A DNA stretch of 63,573 bases, the filler included, from Choristocarpus tenellus KU-1152 (taxonomy: Eukaryota > Protista > Phaeophyceae): NCBI GenBank assembly GCA_964200185.2. It is 11 parts of 11 records of this genome, joined end to end, with 100 filler letters (N's around TTAATTAATTAA, not from the genome) between each part and the next. Parts side by side here need not be neighbours in the genome. Positions count along the whole stretch, not along the records: positions 15,892 to 27,373 come from CAXNAD020002291.1; positions 27,474 to 31,839 come from CAXNAD020014888.1; positions 31,940 to 46,321 come from CAXNAD020001206.1; 8 more parts are not named here. The stretch is one strand, 5' to 3'. How positions within the stretch are numbered: the first letter of the stretch is position 1; every line of letters begins with the position of its first letter. Below the pieces are notes generated by a model. That model had not been told where the DNA came from. It ran no database searches and saw nothing but the letters and a program-made list of their open reading frames with translations. A program made the position numbers and the translations under genes. Below are positions 27,301 to 40,510 of this stretch, in pieces.

Positions 27301-27473
27301 GCAACAGCTACACCATTAACAGTAAATTTTAAAAATTGAGGATGGAGCGTACTATTGATGATGGTTTTGACCGNNNNNNNNNNNNNNNNNNNNNNNNNNN
27401 NNNNNNNNNNNNNNNNNTTAATTAATTAANNNNNNNNNNNNNNNNNNNNNNNNNNNNNNNNNNNNNNNNNNNN

Positions 27474-27582
27474 CTAATCCGAAATATTTTGGAGTAGAAA
27501 AATGTCGTAAGAACCTCAAGGGAAGCCAAGCCCCAAATGGACAAACAGGCCAAAACTCGTACCCTCTAAGATACTTTCACTC
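27474..27582. mobile_element. MITE family A, partial (gap)
   Basis: Ends CCCTCTAAGATACTTTCACTC. Confidence 0.88.
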
Positions 27583-27670
27583 CGGTTGTGTGACACTGAG
27601 AACAATACAATATTCAATCCAGATATAGATAGCACCACGGGTGAAGAGGTCAAAGAGAGCAGCCCAGATT

Positions 27671-28304
27671 TGTTACAGGGGGAAAGTCTCCGTAGGACCT
27701 CCATGTTACAGCGTGCCCCGCATAACTCACCTCCACAGGATATGCAACTCAAATCCAACGACCTTAAAACGACGCTATGGAAACGTTGCCCTTGATAGCA
27801 GTTTGTAGGGTGTCAGGTGTCCTTCTCTCTTGATATTCCACTCAGAGCTTAGCTCAAAGCTCAACTCAAAGTTTCACTCAAGATAAAGAAAGGCTGGTAC
27901 GTAAGAGGGGCCAAGATGTTTCACCAAAAGCCCTCTTATTATTTTCATCACCCACCCAATTTCTTGGTCGTCTATGCAACTGCTCTACACGTACTCCAAT
28001 CATAAACCTTTATTCTGCAACTTCTTAGGGACTTTGACATTTTCTTCTGTAATGTTACGTATGCATTCCGAATCTTGCTCTGTATCTTCTATGAAAATAT
28101 CATTTATTCTTTAAGGCTACCTGCAAATATCGTATATTGTTCGCACTTGTTAGAATGCGAGAAACAATCCTCGCACTATACGTCTGTGACAAATGTTCGT
28201 GTTTGCTAAAATATGAGAAGAAACGCTCGCGCTAATCGCATGTAACAAATGCTCGCACTTCGTTGGAACACAAGAAGAAATGCTCGCGCTATTCGCCTGT
28301 AACA
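27671..28304. mobile_element. Complete 634-bp TGTTACA...TGTAACA element with 4-bp TSD GATT (solo LTR or Ginger-like non-autonomous element)
   Basis: GATT|TGTTACAGG ... CCTGTAACA|GATT; multiple homologues in the window. Confidence 0.88.
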
Positions 28305-29392
28305 GATTTACTGCGTACAATGAACATGTGGAGAAAAACAGGAATCAACACCCGAGTAACATGAAACATAAGGTTTACCGTATCGGTTATCGTGATGCCG
28401 CTCAAGAAGTGCCCAGGGACAAGGGCGGGTCACAAGAGAACTCCAATTCAGGGCATTAGGGCAGCAGCGATCGAAAACGGAACACCAAGGGCCTCAGGGA
28501 AGACGATCTCCGCGCAGGCAGAGTGGAACATGGGGGTAAAGTGTTGAAACCTGAATTCGAATGGATCGTGCTTTCCTATGATGTGGCTAGCTTGAGGCGA
28601 AGAGGTGTCATAGTGCAACAAAGCACTGGTGTATTTGTTCGGATAGATCTGAGGGCATGCTTTGCCCAATGAGATAATGGTTGTTGATACGTGAAAGTGT
28701 GGTTATTCATTGAGGCGCTTCAATGAAGAAATGCATGCTCTCTGAAGAGGCTTGTCGCCTTGACGGACAAGAGTTCCTGAGGATGTTTGACTCTGCGTAT
28801 ATTGCATGTAGGTGTGTATCAGGTACACTTAGTGCAGAGTGGGTGTTTATGTCTTATGATGGTATGAGGGGGCAATCCAAGCCAAGAAAAAAAATAAACA
28901 CATGATATACCACTGATTGCTTCTTCTTGTGCGAAGAAGAAGAAGAGAGGGAAAAGCAAGAAGAAACAAGAAGACAAGGTTCAACCAATATTTGAGGGAA
29001 CTGATGTGGCACATATTATATGCCTGTGTGTGTGATAGGTAGCGACTGTTCTGATGCTTCCTATGTACTGTGATGTTCCACAGTATTTGATGATGTTGTG
29101 ATGCTGATGAGTTAATGAAGTAAGTAAGTGGAGATAACGACCACCAGTACACGGTACAATGCACAAATCAACACTCACGAAGAACTGAAGATATCGTATT
29201 GTATCAAGACAAATCAAATGAGTACCCTATGTTTTTACATAAAATTGCCTGATGGTGGTGGCAGTGGAACCCAAAGTTTGACGCCTGTAACCCCTTCTGT
29301 TATAGGTTACCGTCAGGTCAGGATTTTCCGACCCCACCAACCCTTCCAAGTCTCCTTCTACCTTGAACAACGGTAGATAATCTAATCGTAAA

Positions 29393-29635
29393 GTGTCAGT
29401 TTCCTTCTCTCGGCAGCAGCTTGGCCTCACACTCGCAACAGGAGGATCAGATGGAAAGTCGATTGTCATATGTTATACCAACACAGCCATCTTATTCGAG
29501 GGGAATGTGACCAAGATACAGGTCGATGATAGAGTTATTGTTGTGGAAGGCTCAGACACGACTACTCTCGACCTTGAAGAGGTCCACAAGAGGGTGGTGA
29601 TTGGACTTCGTCCGATCAAAATCACCTTTATTTGA
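29393..29635 (+). pseudogene. PDZ-domain-like coding fragment
   Basis: FSRQQLGLTL...KIQVDDRVIVVEGSDTTTLDLEEVHKRVVIGLRPIKITF fits the PDZ pattern LGL...I.VGD.I..VNG...EEV...RP..ITF. No intact upstream frame was found. Confidence 0.55.
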
Positions 29636-31234
29636 GAGGGAAGCCCTTGTGGAATCTCAGACCAAGAGAACACACGAGGAAGATCTTTGTCTGCCCCATC
29701 AATCTCCTGTTAGTGAGATACATCTCCCTTCAAAGGACTCTGTTCTTGTCATTATCAGTGATGTCGCAACCCATAATGACACACACCGTTAAAACATACC
29801 CTACTCATTTGTTTTTCTTGATACGATACAGTGTAACCAGTCAATACTGACTGTTGATTGGTCCGTTACGAACTGGTTGTTGCTATCACTAGTTCATCTT
29901 TACCACATCAATTACAGTTTGAACACCACAGTACAGAACAGTCGCTTCGCATCCCACTTTCAGGAATAGTATAGTATGCGTTACTTGAGTTGCTACATAT
30001 TGATTCAAGCTTGTTCTGTTGTTCCGTTGTTTCCCGCTAACATCGAACCGAGTGTCACACGGTGCTTCCTTTTCTGTCGCCTCTCGATAGAGAAGGTGTC
30101 AAGGGTAGATCCAGGGGGCGGAGTGGCCTCGGCAGCTATCCTTGTCCCGCCGTCATGGTTCATGTTGCTGTGTGGGTCACATGTATGTGTCCTCACAAAA
30201 AGTCTGCAAATGACGCTCTTAAGATGTCCGCAAATCTTGCCTTTTTTGTAGGTATTGCCACACGTGTCAAACATGGGTAGCAACCTAACCCGCATCAGGT
30301 TTTGGGGGGGACTTCAGCCAGCCATTTAATTTTTGTCCGTTTTGAAGTCGTGACCTTCAAAATTGCGGCAGAGATGTTCCCTCGTGTTTAGGCCATTATT
30401 TGATGGGGGCGTGACTCCCTCTTCCCGACCTTAGGACATTCATATATACAAATCTTTAAACGCGCTTGTCATACACTTTCATTTGATGTATATGTAATTG
30501 TATAATTCTTGTGGCGATATGGTGGAAAAAAGCAAGATTGCCACAGAAGGCAAAGCTATTGGTACCACTTTACCCCTTTGTTTACTGGGCTAACTACTAT
30601 CGATGTTTTTCGTCTAGACATCGGATTTAAGATTTGCGTTGTGTGTGTGTTACAGAGGAGTAGGTTATCTTACATTGTGCAAAATAGGACAATAGTGAGG
30701 TGTACATTATTTTACGTATGGGAGATGTAACTAATGAGATAGTACATCCGGATTATGAATGGGGACATATATGGGTTTTTATTCTGCATTCAGATTCTTT
30801 GACATAACCATGGACTTACGTATAAGGCACAAATAATAATAAACAAGCAATAAGAAGACACCCCACAAAGCTCACTCTTCTGATTTCAACCATGTAATCA
30901 CGTTCAGCAATGGGGAACCATGTGAGGCTTCACACGTTCTTGTCTTCACTACTGATAAATAGCATTACCTCCCAAGGTAAATTGCACATACACCACAATT
31001 GAATAAACTTACGATGCAATGATTTAGTTGTGTTTTGTTCACACGTGATCCATTGCATGCAGCACCCCTTCGTTCCTGTACAGACAAACTAGACACCGAT
31101 TAATCTCTCCCACATAACGAACTCCAAGATGTGTATGTGACATGACGCTAACCCTATGCGACATAATCGTTTCCCCATTAACTATGGCAGTATAACTATA
31201 AACCTATTAATCCACAATCACATCTAAGTGCATA

Positions 31235-31574
31235 TGTTACAGGGTGGAAATCTTGGTAGGACCTCCATGTTACAGCGTGCCCCAGAAGCTTACCTCCACA
31301 TGATGCATAGCTCCAATCTACAGGCCTATAGATGATACTGATTCACGTATAGGACTCCTGATGCACAAATCGTCAAATATGTGGGATCTCTCACTTCAGT
31401 TATCATCAATATCATCGTATAAAAAGGAACTGGTCAACAATGCCTTATCACAATCGGGGACCATAATGACCAAATAATAAATATATAGTCAAGAAGTACA
31501 AATACATCAAATTTAGAACTTTAAGGTCATAATGGTGTTTATGAAACCGCCATCAAGATATATCGCCTGTAACA
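31235..31574. mobile_element. TGTTACA-family 340-bp variant
   Basis: Left 90 bp or so shared with 27671; different interior; ends ATCGCCTGTAACA. Confidence 0.8.
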
Positions 31575-31784
31575 TGTCCCCTAGCATGAAGCATAACTGC
31601 TTCAATGCGATAAACAGGCGATTGGACAAGGAAATATAATGTCACTCCTCGTCCTATCACGAACGCAGCAGAAGTGAAATGAATGTCACTTCCAGCGTTG
31701 GGGATCCAGCGGAGGAGGAAACCTGGAGGAAAAACTCCCTTCCAACGTTTGCCCTGACGACAGACATGTTAGCGCAACACTTGC

Positions 31785-31839
31785 GAGTGAAACTATCTTA
31801 GAAGGTACGAATTTTTCCCTGTTTGTCCATTTGTGGGGC
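31785..31839. mobile_element. MITE family A, partial (gap)
   Basis: Terminus GAGTGAAACTATCTTAGAAGGTAC. Confidence 0.85.
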
Positions 31840-31939
31840 NNNNNNNNNNNNNNNNNNNNNNNNNNNNNNNNNNNNNNNNNNNNTTAATTAATTAANNNNN
31901 NNNNNNNNNNNNNNNNNNNNNNNNNNNNNNNNNNNNNNN

Positions 31940-31988
31940 CTGAGCTACCGAGCAGACAGTCAGGCTGACTGTCTGCTCGGTAGCTCAG
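31940..31988. repeat. Perfect 24-bp inverted repeat with 1-nt loop
   Basis: CTGAGCTACCGAGCAGACAGTCAG-G-CTGACTGTCTGCTCGGTAGCTCAG. Confidence 0.95.
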
Positions 31989-33609
31989 GGGTTTACTAGT
32001 GTTTCAACAACTTGTGACTCACATTAATAGCACATTGATGTTTCAGATCAACGCCATAGTAGTAGGAACTATCAACAGCTGGCAATGCCACAATATGCAG
32101 TCAACAATGCTCAATCGATTCCCCAATGTCGATGGTCGAGTTATACACCAAAACAAAATATAAAGTGGGGAATGTTTATAGTTGTTGGTTGGTCAAATCA
32201 ACATGTGGAGGGAAATCAGAACCTTCCTGTCTAGACCACAGTGAACGTAACCCACTGGGGCAGGACAACAGAGACCATATGTCCCAGAACAAAGTTTGAA
32301 AGGTTTAAATCCATCTGGCAGTGAATGTCCTTCTCTTAAAACCATCCCTGCAGTGCAGGAGCAAATTAATAAGAGTAATCTTAGACTGCTCACAATACTC
32401 TCAGTTGGAGAAACACTATTCTCCCTTGGCCAGAAGGTACAATAAAATTTAGACTTATTAGATCTGTCATTTCACTTACAGTATGTAATACTTCACGCAT
32501 CAAGCATTTCAAGAAGTATCTTGAAGTATCATTTTCTGTCTCATTCTAGGTCTTCTTTGTACTCTACCGTGTACAATTGTTTTGATTGCAGTGGCATTAA
32601 CACGACTCTACCTTGGCCAAATGTTATGATGGAGTTTAAGGTCACAGTATATTTGCGTTCATTGCAGTACGTAGTACTCCGCGCTTTTGAGAATTTTGAG
32701 AAGTAGTCCAAAGTATATTGTTCTATCTCATTCTGGGTCTTCTTTCCAATCTGTAGACTCTTTGTTCAACCTGCCATTGGTGAGCCCCAAGTGAATCCAC
32801 TTCATTGACTCAATAGTCATTATGTGTAGAGCGGAGTTGGCATTAGAAATGCTTTCAATTATATCCTATATAAAAATTAAAGGACCTGCAAAGATACGTT
32901 TGAGTGTTCTATATATATATAAGGATGAGTGTATCTATGATCAAAACACTATTTGTGTGAGAGTAGTGGTCAAGGACTCACAGTAGTTTCAGTATTGAGA
33001 AGAACTGAGCTAATGCCTGAAGTCTTACTAAATGTATAGTATCATGTCTCAGGTTACGAGTTTGAATCCATCACACTAGTACCATGCCACCATACCAAGG
33101 TCGCAAGCACCATACCATGTACTGTCAACACACCTTTCAAGCATAGAATCTGTATTGGAGTATTATCTCCAACCTCAAGCTGGAAGGGTGGGGTGAAAGT
33201 CAATGAGTGTGAGTAGTTGCCAAGGTGTGAAAGAGAGGACAAAATAGTAAGGTCTGTCTGTGGACTATTTGGGAGTGCTGGCGTACTCGATTCTTGGTTG
33301 TTCTATCATGCTCAGTCTTGAAGCTCTCCTTCTACCTCTCTTTTCAGTTTCACGATGTTTTGCGTTGATTTAACAATCCATTGTTCCATTCATTCCCTTC
33401 ATATTCCCTCTTCATTATACTTCTTGGCCTCACTGTAGATAGCTTGCACCACCACCACTGTCCCTTTGAAGTCCATGTTGATGTGTGCTCTTAGAGGGGA
33501 GGTCTCTCGGCAGTTTTTCCCGATTTCTTCTTTGGGGCTCATTCCTGAGGCTAATCTTCCCTCTTGTTAATACGTTGGAAGAAAGAAAAGATGGACTTGG
33601 TAATGTGGG

Positions 33610-36600
33610 CTATCTTCTTCCTCGATTGCTGGGTGTATTGGCTTGCACTAGTCTTCTTGGAGACTTTTTGTTGAGGCTATTCCGTCCTCTCGTTGATGCA
33701 GTGGAAGAAAAATATGAAGGACCACACAAGTTGGGGTGTCGTTTGCCTTGAGTGTCTGTTACATGCGCTCTTGCTACTAATTCTTCTCCTTGTAACTCTC
33801 TCTTTTCCTTAGCCTCTTTCTCCAGCTCCAGTTCTTTAAGCTTTAGTGCAACTGACAGGACAGGCACAGGCTGGGCCTTCTTGATGGGACCAAGATGGAG
33901 ACTCTGAAGTAGGTCCTCTGGTGCGTTGTCCACTACTATTGTACTCAATTTCCCCTCATCAGGACTTTGCATCTCACCTCGGTTAGAATTGTGCCCTTGT
34001 GATGATGATATATAAATTCCTGCACCTGATATTTCTGGTGAGGTTCTGGTCCTTATGATATCTCTAAGGGCATCTTCAGGACTTGAGGGAGGTACCTTGT
34101 GCTCCATCAGGCTTTGGTATTCGGTCATACATGAGAACATCATAGACTTTGCCCTAAGTCTGTGTCGGTCTGGGTACTCACACACCACCTGAGGAGAGGA
34201 ATTGAGATGGTTGTTTTTGTTGGAAAAAAGATCTTGTGTTGATGAGTGAAAGTATCTTAGAGGGTACGAGTTTTGCCCTGTTTGTCCATTTGGGGCTTGA
34301 CTTCTCATAGGGTTTTTTATCACTCGTTCCTACTCCAAATGTTTCGGAGTAGGCAGAATATATATGTTATGAAAAGGTCTGTCCTGAATAACGATACTGG
34401 CACTTCCTTTCAAACACAATAGCCAAAATTACATCAAAATCGCAACATTGGATTTTGACCCCCAAATGGACGCAGCCCTACCCTCTAAGATACTTTGACT
34501 CTGATGATATATGACATTCCTGCTACCACTGTTGTTCTGGAGCAATCTGCTTGGGTCCCAGTCTTGTCCATAATGGTCCTTGTAAACACACACTTGTATG
34601 ACTTAGCAACACCCTGAGAGTTGTTGCATACAACTTAAAGATACATACACACTTGTGTCCTACAGAAACCTCATGTGGCTCCATAACCAATTGAAAAAGT
34701 TATTTTTTTCCACTCCAAACATTGAAAAAAAATCAGGATGTTTCATAGTCACGAATTGACTTGTAGAGTGATATTTTTTTTAATGGAAAATCATTCCCAT
34801 TGATAACAGAAAGCTAGACATACATATGGTGAAACACTCTACAGATTTCCCCCTCTTCACCTCTATACACCGCCCCCTCTCTGCAATAACAATCTCAGCT
34901 TCAGCAATTGCCTCCTGCTCCATCCCAGGAGCTGTTGTGTTTTCCAGTCGAACCATTTGTAGTGCACCTTGGTTCACCCCCATGGCCCTGATAATTGCTA
35001 TTGTGCCCTCTCTTCCCAGGTTGTTCCATCCAAGGTGCAAGGAACGTAGTGTCAAATTCATCTTAAGGCCGGTGGCAATACTTAAAGCTGTTCTTATCCC
35101 AAGGCGGTTATGGCTAAGGTCTAGTATTTCCAGGGAAACGTTGCAAGGTAGGAGACCACCAAATGCAACACCTGCGTTGTCAGTTAGACCATTGAATGGG
35201 AGCTCCAGGGTTACCAGGTGGAAGGGAAAGACAAGCAATGCAGGAGCAAGAGTCAGCCCTCCACAGGAGCTAAGGTTGTTCCATCCCACATTGAGCGATC
35301 GTAGGCAGGAAATTGAGCAAAATATTGACGCCAGTACATCACTGCCTCTGTGTCATGAACCAGAGGGGGGAAGTATTTGCAGGAGGGAGAGCAAAAATGG
35401 TGTTGAAATAGCTGAGGTGGAATTTTGTAGTCGTTGTTGTTCAGATTTCATCTTTCACTTATGTTCCTTTTTGTAGATGTAGGTTGTGGATGAGTTTGTA
35501 ACAGAAAAGTGCCACATAATAACAAAGAGGTCTCATTCAAGGTCAAATTCGATGGCTTACTTGTCCCCAAACTTGTTCCCGCTGATGTCAAGGGCTTGAA
35601 TGGTAGATTTGCTACCCTCAAGTGCCTTGTTCAGTGCCTCAAGGAAATCATCGGACAGATTATTCTCTGCAAGACTGAGACCTGTCAATATAGAATTAGA
35701 TGCCAAAGTTTCTGCAATGGCCACACCTGACGTATTGCTAAGCTGGTTGTAGAGTAAGCAATAAGATGTCAGTCCATATATCAGGTAATTCTTGTGAGGT
35801 CTTCAGCAGAGAAATACGTCAGGGGAGCAGAGAGCATTAAGCAAGCAGAGGTGCGAAGGGAAGTCGAGCTGAAATGCTCCTCGATTTCCTAATAACTGAA
35901 CATATCTGAAAAAGGATATTAGATTTTTTGGGATAACCACCCCTTACCTACATATACTACAAAGTACTTGACAACAGCCCTTCGTCACACTGGTATGGGT
36001 ATGTACGCAACTTGAGCCTGTTTGTCTTATTCCCAGATTTAAAAAAGAGATACGACATTCTGACACTACCTACAACAATTTCAAAGCCTTTTCGGATTGA
36101 ATTGGCAGAGAGTGCAAAAAAACACAGGTCACATACAAACCTCAGCAGCTAGAAACTTCGTGGTCGAAACTTCATGGGATTGCCCCCCTGGTTGGGGATT
36201 CAGAAGTACAGGAATATATCGCTACTTTAGACGCACCAGATTTCTTGAGATGTCCAGCTCAGTCAATGTGCGGTTGGACGATATTGCACGTAGGATGGGG
36301 AGTATGCCTTCATCACCAAGGCCAGTGCTGTATGGCAAGCAACAATGAATCACAAAGAGCAAGTCAGTTTTGCAACCACAAATAGATCAGGATAGCCACA
36401 AATGGTAACTCGAGCCAATGAAAGAAGTTACCACCGATACCACAAGTGGCGATCGAAAATACTCCATATGTGTGTATTCGTTACATACTCCGGAGTCAAA
36501 TCGTTCCGCATATGCAGCACCCATCAGATTAAGACTGACATATACAACCTACCTTCCCAAATTGAGCACGATAACATGGTTATTGACCGCAAGGCCTGCT

Positions 36601-37200
36601 GCTAGTGCTTCAGCAGCACGGGGAGACAGGGGCATTAGCCGAAGGCTCAAACACTTGGAGGAAAGTTTACTGAGAACATGTGTTGAGGGGGTCACCTGCA
36701 ATTTGGTGCATGCAGCTGGGATACAGGGCACGGTCAGAGCACGCATAGGAGCGATGATGAAGTCGTAGTTGCCAGACAATCAATCCTCAGAGGTGGTTTG
36801 AAAATGTTTAGTTGATTAAGTTCGAAACGCCAATGGGGGTGGGTGTGCTATTTTTGTGTATAGTACGCGATACATTTGCTCACCCTTGTAGACTTCCGTA
36901 CTCGGTTCCTTTTCTTCCTGTTCAGAGTCGGATTCGACGATTGAAATCCTTCCATCACCATCATCTGATTGGGCAGGGAGTTGAGACTCCGTCTGGTAAC
37001 AAATGGTACAGGGTTGACACTGTAAGGACTTTGACCTATGTAACTGGCAATGGGAGCAAGCGGTAGTGTATTGGTCGTTTGGATATGGATCTCACCACAC
37101 ACTGGATAAAATCACGATCCGACAAGCATCGATACGAATTATCATCAGAGAGTGACTCCGATAGATCCGACAAATGGTCAATGGTGTAATGGTGACCCAT
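33610..37200 (-). CDS. LRRC74-like ribonuclease-inhibitor-type leucine-rich repeat protein, multi-exon
   Basis: Exons give EVYKAACTKLQVTPSTHVL...AEALAAGLAVNNHVIVLNLG, GLGDEGILPILRAISSNRTLTELDISRNL, LTGLSLAENNLSD...LDISGNKFGD, LNVGWNNL...LDLSHNRLG...LHLGWNNLG, then a last exon 33610-34188. One internal junction (about 35730-36237) is unresolved. Confidence 0.8.
34244..34501. mobile_element. MITE family A, full length, in an intron of the LRR gene
   Basis: Perfect 4-bp TSD: TGAT|GAGTGAAAG...CTTTGACTC|TGAT. Confidence 0.95.
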
Positions 37201-37413
37201 TCCACTTTTAAAGCACTACAATGAGTGGACTGGAGGGTTGCCCTCCCTCATGTTGTACACGTTTATTTATGTTAGTATTTTCAAACTTGAAACCAACCTT
37301 TGAAACATAAGGTTTCCAGAACAATGGAAGGCGTTATACATTTGTCCTGTACAGGGAGCCAGTGTAGACAAACTGAAAAGGAGATGAACACATCCCAAAC
37401 AAGACAGGTCACA
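37201..37413. promoter_or_regulatory. Putative bidirectional promoter
   Basis: About 213 bp between the inferred divergent start codons of the LRR gene and FRA10AC1. Confidence 0.45.
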
Positions 37414-40400
37414 ATGGCAAGCCGAGTTGAGAGTGGCGGTAAGGGAGGGAAAAATAAGGGCTTTGCTCAGAACGATAGGCGCCTGGCCAAGGTTACTGCA
37501 AATGAGCAGGGGATTCACCAGGCCTACCGACATACTGACACTCTTAATGCCTATGAGAAGCACAGGAACTTGATACGAAACTTTCACCTGTAAGGGTAGG
37601 GCATTCTGCGTCACCTTCTCAGTGGCGATTTTTGAATCTAAATAGCAAGAACATCTCCTGCCGATTAACTCTTTTGAAATCCTCTAAACCATGCCCCCCT
37701 GATGCCCCTACACAGGTACCACAGGAAAGGGGAGATCCCTTCTTTTGGAGCATTGGATGCCAGGCGTCTCCCAGGTTACCAATATCTGAGCGATGCGGAA
37801 GCTTTGAAACGTCAGCACCGGTTCGTTCGAGATGAAGGGTACGATCTTAAGGCGGAGGAGGCAAGTATAACAAACTGTTTCAATAATACCAAACCTAGGC
37901 TCGTCTTAATTTCACCTTTTTCAGTGTACAACTTACCTAGTGCTCACACAGCGAACACGCTGTTGAGTACAAAAGAAACACACCAACCACTGCACCTTCA
38001 ACCTCACGTGGATACAGGCCCGTGGGCGGACGGGGGCAGACGTTGACCCTACAGCGTGGGAGGTTCGCATGGCATCCAAATACTACAAGCTCTTATTCAA
38101 GGAGTATGCCCTGGCGGATCTCAGTAGGTGACATTAAACTGTTTCGCTCTCTCGCCTTTTTTATCATTCTCTCTTCGTCCTCGAGTATTGAGTTGTTTAT
38201 CATCATGTTTTGGATCTGCCACAGCCCTAGTCAAGTGTATGCAAAGAGGGATTGGTCGCTTCCTACTTCATCACCATCGATTGCATCTACATGTGTGGCA
38301 TGCCACGTTATGCCCTCAAAGATTCCAAAAACTATTTTTACGCTCTCCTGTTGCTTCTTGTTACCCTCAGATATCGTGAAGGGAAGGTCGGTCTCCGCTG
38401 GCGAACAGAGGATGAGGTTGTCAGCGGCAAGGTGATCTTGATGGACTCCTTGACCCCATGTAGACATTGAGGTCTCTAATCTTTCCGACTTTAGATAGCA
38501 CTAAACAAGAACTAGAAATGGAGCAGAAAAGTGAAAAGACGAATTTTAGAAGTATTTGGCACTCAAAGTCTCAGGGAGTCTCCCCATACTGCATTGTGCA
38601 TTCGCTGGCACTTAGTGGATTTCGTAATCTTGGATGTGGATGGCGGGTAGACTTTATGTCAAAGAACAGTATTTGGAGTGTGTTTCCACTCCACATCAAC
38701 ATCTCGCGTAATTTCTACTATTTTGGGGGCTTGATGATTAATTCAACCAAGAGTGAACATGCAAATGGTATCACTTGAGTGTGAGGAAGAAAAAATGTTG
38801 CCCATGTTCTGACAAGTGGAGGTTTGGGTGTTTTCAAGGACGATTGTGTACTATTGGATTTTATTTGGCTATTGTCCCCCAATTTGTACTCCAAGTCATT
38901 TTTTGTTGTGTATGCCTTCCAGAGATGGGCACCCTGTGCTTACTCTACTTGGATATTAAATGCTTGGTCATCCCAATTTGTAGCATTTGAGGGCATAATT
39001 ATAAACTGTGGGTGCTATTTTGCACTTCAGAGCAGACTGATTTTTGTTGCTTAGAGTGCAATCAGGTCCAATTATAGATGGTGCTTCATGAGTTGTAGTT
39101 CAGCTTGAAAAAACCTATGATAGACTTGAATCTAATATTTAAGCAATATGTGGAGTAAGGGTGCTGTTTCCTTGTTATTTTTATTCTAGGCTTACATTGT
39201 CCAGGCAATAATGTGTCTCAGACAACATGCAGAAAATAATGCATTGCACTGTGATAGGTGTAAGGGAGGTGGCAGGGTGAAGTACTGTTGCATACTACAC
39301 TGCATTGTATGCATTTGTATCTCTAAAATATGGACTGATGGTTTGACAGTAGTGTCTGCTTAGCCGATGACGCTATCACATCAAGGTGTGTGCAGAAAGG
39401 CCCACTGCTCTAGAGGTGGATCGAGTGCTGCACTGAATCTAAGTTGTGTGCATTGCTTCCCCCCTAACCTTTCTGGGTGTTTGGCAGGGACAGTTCGAGT
39501 GTGGGGGGATCAAATGCAATGCAAGGAGCAACTTGCACAGTTATGAGATCAATTTCAAGTACAAAGAAACAGGGCAGGTGAAGAACGAGCTCGTAAAGGT
39601 GAGAGGTAGAGAACGTTTCATTATGATTATTTGGACCATTTAAGTTCAAGGTCAAACTTGCATTATGTGTCTTTTGGGATGTTGAACTAGTCCGACATCT
39701 TTTGTCACTTTTGTTGTTGTTGCATGTATGTATGTATGGATATATTTCTACTTGAGATCACTGCCAACTCTTTGAACACTCTTTTGAACTAGAGCAATTT
39801 TTTGCTTGCCTCTGATGTGCATTATTGGAGTGGTATTCAACATAGTACAATCAATTAATAGTATTGGTACATGGATCCTGAAAGGGTAGCATTGAGGTAA
39901 AGCTCAGTGAATGTTTTTACCCTTCCCCCCCCTCCTGTCTCAATCCAATCTTACGTTTCCTTGAACTCCCTACCAGGTGCGAGTTTGTCCCCTCTGTGCA
40001 AGGAAAGTTTTTCACAAAAAGATCAAAGAGTTGATTGCAAGGAGAGAGAAAGACAGTGAGCGTGAGAGGAGGAGGGGAATGAAGGCCAGGGAGGGAAACA
40101 AGCCACACGGGCACATATCCTCATACAAGGAAGAAGATTCAGGGCAAAATCAAAGTTCTATTGAAGGATCCGAATCAAGCAGTGCCCACATCGATCATGC
40201 CTCTGAAGGCTGTGCAGATCATAACCTTGTTTTGTGTGCAGTGGAGGCAGGTAGGGGGTCGCCAACGAGTGGGGCACAAAAAAAAAAATCTAGATGGGAT
40301 AGTGTTGGAGATGACAAGGGTGGTGAGAACAGTACCATTGCCCCAGTTGCATGCTCTGCAACAGCATCGCTGCCTGGGGGGGGTGATGGGGCTAGAGTTG

Positions 40401-40510
40401 GGGGAGAGCAAGTGGGGGGCAATGCACGGGCAGCATGGGTAGGGGAGGTCCAGAAGGAGAGAACCACCGAAGATGAAATGGACGACTATCTGTCTTCTCT
40501 TCTCTTTTGA
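37414..40510 (+). CDS. FRA10AC1: FRA10AC1 spliceosome-associated protein; exons 37414-37589, 37716-37860, 38018-38127, 38371-38431, 39488-39598, 39977-40510
   Basis: LNAYEKHRNLI...HRFVRD...WEVRMASKYYKLLFKEYALADLSRYREGKVGLRWRTEDEVVSGKGQFECG...LHSYEINFKYKE...KNELVKVRVCPLCARK...DDYLSSLLF are the family hallmarks. Confidence 0.93.

Noticed and set aside
34826-35476. 216-aa plus-strand ORF
   Set aside because: Antisense to an LRR exon.
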